Positions 54,392 to 64,000 of a stretch of DNA of 64,000 bases are shown here, in pieces. Every line of letters begins with the position of its first letter. Positions within the stretch are counted from its first letter, which is position 1. Made by a program: the position numbers and the translations under genes. The DNA is from Octopus vulgaris (taxonomy: Eukaryota), in contig OX597815.1 in assembly GCA_951406725.2 (NCBI GenBank), positions 204,972,001 through 205,036,000 of the forward strand, in the 5' to 3' direction. Under the pieces are notes generated by a model that was not told the DNA's origin, did no database searches, and saw only the letters and a list, made by a program, of their open reading frames with translations.

Positions 54392-54983
54392 GCTCCAGAT
54401 GGAGAGAGTGGGATCATTGGTGTCTTGCAATGGCGTTCATTTCAGGCGTTGGTGTAATATGTAATTTCAAACATGCTTAACTAATCATAAATGGAAGTTG
54501 ATCCACTAAAAAATAAATGAAGCACATGTAACAGAGACTTTATAAAAAATTTGTTCCTCCTAAAAAGTGTCGAGAAAATAAGAGATGGAGAGTGTTAAAG
54601 ATTATTCTGTATATTTTGCTCGGCTCGAATCATAGCAATTTTAGCTGTGGGAGTAGAGTGACGGTTTGGAATTTAAGGAGGTCTTCTTCATATATAACAA
54701 TAAAATAAAATATATATTAAAATATCTTGAATATAAGTATGCATGTGTGTGTGTGTGTGCGCGTGTGTGAGTGAGTGTGTGCGTGCGTGTGTGCGCGCGC
54801 GCATTAATCTCCGAGACACGAGTCTGTTTCTGAAAATTAATTAATCGCAGAACGAGTTAATTGCTACCTTCGTCAGACGCGGAATGGGAGATGAAGAGAT
54901 TGAATTTATCCAATTAAGCTACGCGTATTCAATTACACACCTCCTACACACAAACACACTCACACGCACATGCATACACATAT

Positions 54984-55025
<42 letters not shown>

Positions 55026-55092
55026 ACGCGCGCGAACAAACATACAAACTGGTCTCTCTCCCTTTCTCTCTCTCTACCCCTCTTTCTACATA

Positions 55093-55139
<47 letters not shown>

Positions 55140-55232
55140 AAGGAAGATAGATAGCTAGATGGATAAATACATAGACACATAATGCATACATACAGAGATG
55201 ATATAATAATATATATGTGTGTGTATGTATGT

Positions 55233-55280
<48 letters not shown>

Positions 55281-55472
55281 ATAAGCCTTCATACGCCATA
55301 CCTCCATGCCAGTTTGTCTTGGAATAGATACAGCAGCGACTTCCCGTTGATTTCTGTCGGTTTATACAAAGCTTACTCTGCTAGTTTCCTGCTCTTCCAT
55401 TCTTACCCCCCTGGAGCTCTGGGGAGTACGGAGCCTCGCCACAGGAAGTAGTTTAATGTCTTGCCCAGGTTG

Positions 55473-55568
<96 letters not shown>

Positions 55569-55822
55569 TCTTCTACTTCTTTCAGTCATTATACTGTGTC
55601 CATTCTGGGACACCATCTTGAGGAATTTTTTCGTCGAATGAATCGATCCTAGTACTTTTTTTCAAAAGGTCGGTACTTACTTTACCGACCTCTTTTACCA
55701 AACGGCTAGATTACGGGGACGTAAACACACCAACACCAGCTGTCAAGAGATGATGGGGGACAAACACAGACACAAAACCACTCACACACACACGTACACA
55801 AATATATATATATATATATATA

Positions 55823-56013
55823 CCTAAAGCTCCACGAGGCTCCGGCAGGGGGTGACGATCCCTGCTGTACTCTTTCGCCACAACTTTCTCTCATTCTTTC
55901 CTCTGTTGGCCTGCTCGATCAGCCAGCGAGGTGGCGTCATTTGAAGGCTAAAACAATGCAAAGCGCATTGTGACCAGCGATGTGTAACAACATCTGATAG
56001 CCTGGTCGGTCAC
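55823..56013 (+). mobile_element. SINE C body with tail type 3
   Basis: CCTAAAGCTCCACGAGGCTCCGGCAGGGGGT shared with family C, then an unrelated 3' sequence. Confidence 0.65.
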
Positions 56014-56035
56014 AGTCACGGTCATATATATATAT

Positions 56036-56565
56036 AATTTACAAGATAAGGGCAGAAGAAAAATTCTAATACCAAATATTTTATCCTATATCAATTATAA
56101 ATAGACTAGTGTTCACTTCCGGATTCTATCACTCTGTGAAAGTTTCTAGTTCGAATCACACGTGTCTCGAGGTGCGCCGAAGATTTTTCTATTTTGGATA
56201 TATTTGGGGTACTTAAGTCTGCTCGGGACTTAGTGCTTGCTTTTTCCATGGGTATGAGTAAGTATTTAATTTATATCTCGCGTATTTGCCGCTGAAGAGG
56301 GGAAAATTTCTTATGAATTAGCCCCGAAATTGGACCAATACGGTAATAACGAATTTTTTAGAGATTTCTATCGGTTTGTTTCGAGACGCATAAATTATAA
56401 TGGTTATCGACAATTTTTTGTTTCGGCACATTTGGCATTAGAATTTTTCTTCTGCCCTTATCTTGTAAATTATGTATAAATTTTACCTTTAAAGGCATTT
56501 TTTGATATGCTGGCCATTGATAAAATGTTTTTCCCGAAAAAAATCTTATCCTATATTAATTATAA
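56036..56565 (+). mobile_element. Non-coding PLE/retrozyme-like insertion with intact hammerhead
   Basis: TSD AGTCACGGTC(AT)n. Inverted 44-bp arm. 20-bp terminal direct repeat with period 465 bp. Confidence 0.8.
56286..56346 (+). ncRNA. Type I hammerhead ribozyme, predicted cleavage after 56340
   Basis: Stem I TTGCCG/CGGTAA, core CTGAAGA, stem II GGGG/CCCC, GAA, stem III ATTGG-A-CCAAT, cleavage triplet AUA. Confidence 0.85.
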
Positions 56566-57116
56566 GTCACGGTCATATATATATATATATGTAAGGAAAA
56601 TAAGACAAGATAGAAAATGCTAAAATAATTTTATCATGGAATACATTTTGTAACGGTTACTACCGGTTTCAGACTTTTCGACTTTTCGCCACTAATGAAC
56701 AACCAAACTTCAGATATCGTATGTATTGATATCTTTTATCTTTTTATCATTTACTTGTTTCATTCATTAGACTGCGGCCATGCTGGGGCACCACCTTTAA
56801 AGGTTTTAAGTCGAACGAATCGACACCAGTACATTTTTAAGCCTGATATTAATTCTAGCGGTATATATACATGTGTGTGTGTGCGTATGTGTGTGTGCGT
56901 GCGTGTATGTGTGTGTGTATGTGTTTTTGTGTGTGTGTAAGTGCATTTTTCCGTTTAAATTCTCCGTTTTCTCGTTTTTTACTGATTTTTTTCTTGTTCT
57001 TATATTATGTTTGTAGCAAGCAATTAAAAATTGCAGAGTCATTAAGAAAGTTATAGATTGGTTTGACGAAAAATATTACTAAGGATATAAATAAACATTA
57101 ACTGCTTCGGGAAATG

Positions 57117-57192
<76 letters not shown>

Positions 57193-57736
57193 GATCATAT
57201 ATACATATATATATATACGTAAATATGAACACATATATATGTATGTATACATGTATATATATATATATGCATATATATATATATGTATATCTATATCAAT
57301 CTATATGCATATATACACACACACACACACATCCTACTAACGCTACTTTGTTTACCGTCCGGTCCAAATACCTCATTTGTTCTTGTTATCGTTCTTGTTT
57401 CATTTTTTTTTATAGTTGTCTTATTTTTTCCTTTTCGTGTCTGACTTCCATATCCGCTCGTTTATACATCACCAACTTATGCTGCTGATACCGAGAAATT
57501 GAACAATATTATCGTAGGTGTCAAAATTGCGCTGATACTTGGTCGATAACTAATGAAGCAGAGAACATGTCCACGTTCATTGAGCGTGTTTTAGATATTA
57601 TTCCATATGTTCCTTTGCCGTCCCACTATCCCAGATTTTTATTAAATCAGTTCTAACTGGGGTAAGCTAGAATTTTCTTCTGGTTGAGCAGCCCATCCTG
57701 CTCAAAAAGCCTCTGAAAAAGGGTTGTTTAAGAATG

Positions 57737-58360
57737 GTTAGTTAGTTAGTTATTTAGTTAATTTTTTGGCTCAAAAAGCAAAAAGCAAGGCCATGTAGGG
57801 GGACATAGAGTTATGTACAGGGTGGTGTTCATGCAAAGAGTTCAGGCTATTTCTGGTCAAAGGAGACTTGGAACCGAGCGGTCGTCGGCATCTTCACTAT
57901 CTCGTCCGGCAGCTTATTCCACGGATCTGCAACCCGGACGGAGAAAGCCCCTCTCCTTCGATTGAGATGAAATCGTCGCAGATAGAGCTTTTCGGAGTGA
58001 CCCCGCAGCCGACGCTCTGGAGCAGGAGTGAAGAACAGCTCTTTCGAGAGGTTACACTTTCCGCTTATGATGTTGTGAGCAAGAATGAGATCACCACGGC
58101 GTCGTCGTTTTTCTAGAGAATAAAGGTCGAGCGTCTTCGGCCTTTCTTCATAAGACAAATGCTTGAGACCAAGAACCATGCGGCTAGCCAGCTTCTGGAC
58201 TCTTTCGAGATAATGTATGTCTTTGAGGAGATAAGGAGAAGAGGCTTGAATCCCGTACTCCAATATGGGTCTCACCAGCGTGACATAGAGCGGTAGGAAT
58301 ATGGCTGCTGTGAGCATTCCGAATGACCGTCGAATCAAAAACAGAACTCCGAAAACATGT
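57737..58360 (-). pseudogene. CR1/L2-type LINE, 5'-truncated ORF2 C-terminus and 3' UTR
   Basis: LPLYVTLVRPILEY...LERVQKLASRMVLGLKHLSYEER...LYSLEKRRRRGDLI...RGHSEKL...WNKLP, with (TAAC)n tail. Confidence 0.92.
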
Positions 58361-58656
58361 TTCCAGGGAAGGGTGAGATCTTCAAATTCCAAAGAATCCC
58401 TCTCAAAACATGCCTATGATGCTCCCTGTAGTACTGCTCGTGATTTCTTGCCCATGATCAAAGATACACATATCGTCAGCCACTAAGGGACTTGCTCAAC
58501 TGGTTATGGTCAAGCAACTAACAAGCAAAACTGTGGTATTGAGCAGTATGTTTACTGTAGTCCATCTTTTACACCAAGACAAAATATGTACATTTATACA
58601 TACGTATGTACATTTGTATATATAAGTATTCATACATTTATGTATATATGTATGTA

Positions 58657-58688
<32 letters not shown>

Positions 58689-58775
58689 ATAACAGATGGA
58701 CTGTGGTTCACTACAACTGTTTCAGGTGTGTTTTTTTATTGATGAACGGAAGTGTTACATTATGCAAAAAAACCG

Positions 58776-58849
<74 letters not shown>

Positions 58850-58969
58850 GTAAAAGAGATTTTCTATTCCTGAGCGTTATACTAATACATCTGTTTGTTT
58901 TGTACACCACCTGTCTTCGTCTTTTGTTTTTTTCGTAAACTCTCCCTATATATATATATATATATATAT

Positions 58970-59064
<95 letters not shown>

Positions 59065-59436
59065 TGTAATACATTTGTATGTATGCATGCATGCATATCT
59101 CTTGTCATTTATTTCTTTCGGTCATTGGACTTCGCTTACGCTGGAACACGGCCTCGAAGAAGGGTTCAGCTAACGAAATCGACACCAGTGCTTTCATTCT
59201 AAACTTGGTATTTATTTTGTATTTATCTTATTCTTCTCTTTTCGCAAAACCACTTGGGTACGGGGATGTAAAGAAAGCAACACTGTCGTCAAACGCTAAT
59301 AGGACAAAGCCCAACCACCACACACACATACACACACACAAATGTGTGTGTGTGCGCGCACGTGTGCATGGATGTGTGTGTGTATGTATGTATGTATGTA
59401 TGTATGTATGTATGTATGTATGTATGTATGTATATA

Positions 59437-60050
59437 CGAGGGTGAGTCAAAAATTATACGAACTCTTGTTTTTTTCAATGGATTTACACAAAGGCAGAGG
59501 ATAAACAAGTACGCCATTTTTCTATTTCATGTCCTTCTTTTCCAAAGCACTTGGTCCAGCGGTTCACAAGTTTGCGTATTCCCTCCGAGAAGAAGGTTTT
59601 CTGATGGTCGTGCAACCACTTATGCACCTGCTTCCTTCACATCTTCATCCGTAGGAAATCGACGACCTCGTAAATTATCTTCGAGAGAACCAAAGATCTG
59701 AAAATTGGAAGGGGCGAGAACTGCGCTGTAGGCAGGGTGTTCTAGCGCCTCAAAACCCAACTGGTTAAAGGCTTCAATGGCCTGGGCGGTCGTGTGTGGG
59801 CGTGCATTGTCATGCAACAACAAAATTTTCTTCGACCATAGGCTTCGGCGTTTGGTGCGAATTGCTGGCTTCGGTTTGTTGGCCAGCAAAAGCACTGCTT
59901 CTTGCACTGTCGGTCGTACACTCCTTTTCCAGAGAAACCGAATCACTACTCTTTGTTCTTCTTTGGTGCACATCGCTAGTGGAGCGACCATGCTGACACT
60001 GTAAAGTCAGGAAGGAAAAATGGTACGATCAGGCTCAAACTTCGATCACG
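59437..60050 (-). mobile_element. Internally deleted mariner
   Basis: TA|CGAGGGTGAGTCAAAAATTAT end. EEQRVVIRFLW, LLHDNARPH, HPAYSAVLAPSNFQIFG. Confidence 0.85.
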
Positions 60051-60151
60051 TGTGTGTGTGGGTGGGGTGTATGAGGGTGTGCTGAAAAGTTTCTGGCTTT
60101 GGGTTAAAGAAAATACAGGATGCTTAGTTAATTATGATTTTTATTTCATCA

Positions 60152-60467
60152 TGTAGTTTGTTATTCTCTTTAAGTGAACATTTTTCTGGTTGAAATACAC
60201 CGAAAAATGGCGACGTAGCAGTCAAAAAATCGTAAAATATAGGGATTTTCACAGAAAAAAAAAGCATTTTTTTTATGTAAATAATTTTTGGTGTTAACAT
60301 GGTCCGATTTGAATTTTATCTTCTACGGAATGAAGAGCAAGCCTTCTTCTATCATGCTCTCAATTTTGGTCCACTTGCGCCGCAGGGTCTCGGAGGATGT
60401 AGTGTTAGTTGAAAGCTACAAAACCTGCCACACACAGACAACTTCAGCTTTTTTATATAGAGAGAGA
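60152..60467 (-). mobile_element. Helitron 5' part, same family as 955-1344
   Basis: Reverse-complement match to ~955-1265. Confidence 0.8.
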
Positions 60468-61034
60468 TTAGAGATTCTTCAGTTGTGTTGTATCTTATTT
60501 CCATTGACATTATTCGCATAACTTAAAAAAATTTCATTAGATTTGACTTTATTGAATACATTCAATCAAAAATGCCCCATTTTGGATTAGCTGAACTATT
60601 CTGGTTGAAACCTATGTATATGATACAGACATGGCGTGCAATCATAAATTATTAGTGAACATAAAAAGTTTCTCTCTTTGTTTTAATTATTCAAACAATT
60701 CTGCTGATATAATTAATAAGTCCATTTAATGAATTTATTACGGCATACGAATTTATATGAAGCCATCCATCATTTTCTGTACATGTGGTTGAGGAAGATG
60801 GGGAAATGAATGTGAGGTTTTTTTGCGTGTGTGTTTTTTTTCATTCTTCCTGTGTTTGTATACGTAATATGTGTGTGCGTATGTATGAGTGCGAGCGTAT
60901 GTTCTTGCGTGTGTGTGTATGTGTGTGTGTGTGTGTGTGTGTGTATGCGTGTCGTGTGTCGCGTGTCCGTGCATGCATCTGTGTGAGTCTGTGGACGTAG
61001 CGTTCATGACTATGCTGCTACATGGGGAAGTCAA

Positions 61035-61269
61035 AGGGCAGCGAGATGACAGAATCGTTAGCACACTGGGCGAAATGCTTAGCGGTATTTCGTCTGCCCC
61101 TACGTTCTGAGTTCAAATTCCGCCGAGGTCGACTTTGCCTTTCATCCATTCAGAGTCGATAAATTAAGTACCAGTTACGCACTGGGGTCGATATAATCGA
61201 CTTAATCCGTTTGCCTGTCCTTGTTTGTCCTCTATGTGTTTAGCCCCTTGTGGGGTAATAAAGAAATAT
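61035..61269 (+). mobile_element. SINE family B monomer
   Basis: Match to family B. Confidence 0.88.
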
Positions 61270-61329
61270 ATGGAGTTGTCAAAGAACTTTAACCAAAACT
61301 TTCTTTAGGTTTGCCACACTGCCTTCAAC

Positions 61330-61680
61330 GCTCGCGTGCTAAAAGGTTACGTAACCGAGGTTTGACCTTGATCACTCCGGTTTTCTTTCTTGTGTCACAG
61401 AGTAAAATATGACTGCTCCGCTAGTTGTGTGCACCAAAGAAGAACAGATTAGTGATCTGATTTCTCTTGTCTGAAGGTGTGCCAGGCTTTCAGGACAAGA
61501 TGGAGACAGCGCTCTACTGCGTAGAAATGTGTATGATTGGATCGATGCGCTTAAAAATGACCGGACAAGCGTGAAGCACGAAGGGGGAGCAGGATACTCA
61601 TCAACCTCCACCACTGTCGTGGAGATTCAAGAAAGCTCAAGAGATATGTTCGGGCGAGCGACCGTCGACAAGGTGACGTA
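61330..61680 (+). mobile_element. Mariner N-terminal remnant
   Basis: MTAPLVVCTKEEQ... and VYDWIDALKNDRTSVKHE (HTH region); related to the 59437 element. Confidence 0.65.
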
Positions 61681-61705
61681 TTCTCTCTTTTACTCTTTTA
61701 CCATA

Positions 61706-62122
61706 TCTATTTCTTTACTACCCACAAGGGGCTAAACACAGAGAGGACAAACAAGGACAGACAAACAGATTAAGTCAATTACATCGACCCCAGTGCGTAA
61801 CTGGTACTTAATTTATCGACCCCGAAAGGATGAAAGGCAAAGTCGACCTCGGCGGAATTTGAACTCAGAACGTAGGGGCAGACGAAATACCTATTTCTTT
61901 ACTACCCACAAGGGGCTAAACACAGAGAGGACAAACATGGGCAGACAAACGGATTAAGTCGATTACATCGACCCCAGTGCGTAACTGGTACTTAATTTAT
62001 CGACGCCGAAAGGAAGAAAGGCAAAGTCGACCTCGGCGGAATTTGAACTCAGAACGTAGCGACAGACGAAATACTGCTAAGCATTTCGCCCGGCGTGCTA
62101 ACGTTTCTGCCAGCTCGCCGCC
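61706..62122 (-). mobile_element. SINE family B dimer
   Basis: Head plus two units. TSD TTTTACTCTTTTACCATA at 61688 and 62123. Confidence 0.9.
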
Positions 62123-62639
62123 TTTTACTCTTTTACCATACAGCCATGCCTGCGCCTAAGTGTCAGTAAAGAACTGGGGTCGATTTCCTCGGCCCTAGCC
62201 GTCCCCTAACGCATGTGGCTTTTATGCCTATGTTAAACCATCGTTTATTTGTTTTTATGTTATAAATCTGACACAATTTTGCAGCATCACTAGGCATCGA
62301 GTCAAGTAGCTCGCCTGGATACCGTAGCACCCCTGGTGAAAAAAACATGATATATGTTAGCTACAAACATATTTCATATAAGTACAGCCTCACTAGAGGT
62401 GACATTTCAGTTAAGCACAGATGTTTTTATTTGTTTTGGGGTTTTTTGGGGGTTTTTCTTTGTTTTGTTTTGTTTTGCATAAAACATCGAAGAGGGTGGC
62501 GGCGGCGGCGGCGGCGGCAGTGGTGGAGCGACGGCAATGGCGATGGTTCCTTCTTTGGTTGTTTTCTTTGCTTCATTCTTTCCTAATTTTGTTCTTCTTT
62601 ATTCTTCGCCCTTTTTCTACAGTCTCCGTCTCACTTCGC

Positions 62640-63270
62640 TTGATCATCATCATCATCATCATCACCACCACCACCACCAGCATCACCACCACCACCATCA
62701 CCACCACCACCACCACCACCATCATCACCACCGCCATCACCACCACTATCACCACCACCATCACCACCACCATCACCACCACCATCATCATCATCACCAC
62801 AACCACTATCACCACCACCATCACCACCACCACCACCACCACCACCACCACAATCGTCACAACCACCACCACCACCACCACCACCACCACCATCACCACC
62901 ACCACCACCACCACCACCACCACCACCATCACCACCACCACCACCACCACCACCACCACCACCATCATCACCATCACCACCACCACCACCACCATCATCA
63001 TAATCACCACCACCACCACCATCACCACCACCACCATCATCATAATCACCACCACAACCATCACCACCAACATCACCACCACCACCACCACCACCATCAC
63101 CATCACCATCATCATAATCACCACCACAACCATCACCACCAACATCACCACCACCACCACCACCACCATCATCACCACCACCACCACCACCATCACCACC
63201 ACCACCATCACCACCACCATCACCACCACCATCACCACCACCACCGCCACCACCACCACCACCACCACTA
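62640..63270. repeat. (CAC/CAT)n trinucleotide array
   Basis: Directly visible. Confidence 0.97.
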
Positions 63271-63763
63271 TCTTATTCATATTCTTTAACTTTTGCGTCT
63301 TATTTTCTTTTTCCACCCATTCTCATCTCACCACTGTCATCATCTTCATCTTCACCTTCACTTTCATCTTCATCTTCGAATCGCTGGCGCGTCGGACAAA
63401 ATGCTTCACGGCAAATCTTCCGGGTCTCTTCTACGTCCTGAGTTCAAATTCCACCGAAGTCGAGTACGCCTTTCATCCTTTCGAGGTTGACAAAATAAAG
63501 TACCAGTCGAGTACTGAGTTGAAGTAATTAACTAAACCACCCCGCCAAAAAAAAATTTGAAACGCTTACCATTGTTATTGTTATTGTTGTTGTTGCTGTT
63601 GCTCTTGTTGTTGTCCCCTGCTCCTCCTTTCCTCCTCCTCCTCCTTCTTCTTCTTCAGTCTTAACTTCCCTTTTCTTCTTCTTTACCATCCCTTCTTCCC
63701 CCTCCGTTTCATCCTAATTCCCCTCCTAATTTTCACCGTCATTTGGTCATCATCATCATCATC

Positions 63764-63817
<54 letters not shown>

Positions 63818-64000
63818 GTCATCATCATCGGTTTCCTCCTCCTCCCCCACTTCAGTAACCATGACAACTTTGTAATAATTAATCAGCTGGGTTTCTCTTA
63901 CTTCGGTGCAAATGCCCTTAGAAATATCAAAGAAAGTCTAACTAGATAAGTTCTTAGCATTTGAAATCTGACTATAAGTTAACTATGGGCACAGGAGTGG

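Noticed and set aside
56592-56695. Minus-strand GAAACCGGTA half-hammerhead
   Set aside because: Palindromic stem III only; the CUGANGA half is missing.
62421-63527. 368-aa Thr-rich mucin-like ORF
   Set aside because: Spans a (CAC)n array and runs into a SINE B remnant.

Overview
Non-coding, repeat-saturated eukaryotic DNA with no credible host protein-coding gene. The repeat repertoire resembles a coleoid cephalopod (Octopus-like) genome; this is inferred from recalled family resemblance, not a search. Almost all ORFs in the supplied track are translations of microsatellites ((AT)n, (AC)n, (TATG)n, (AGAT)n, (GGT)n). The real content is: at least four tRNA-derived SINE families; decayed LINE fragments (RTE, CR1/L2, CRE-type); a decayed full-length mariner and other Tc1/mariner, pogo-like and hAT remnants; non-autonomous Helitrons; two probable solo LTRs; and many Penelope-like element (PLE) ends. 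The most notable signal is a set of about 11 type I hammerhead ribozyme motifs from at least 5 PLE-end families. These include an intact motif in a TSD-flanked ~530 bp non-coding insertion, a tandem dimer, long fold-back copies and family-wide non-canonical cores. Also notable: a SINE present as multimers inside single TSD pairs, a solo LTR with a perfect heat-shock element, and Helitrons with swapped ends. Coordinates were read by eye; element ends may be off by a few bases.
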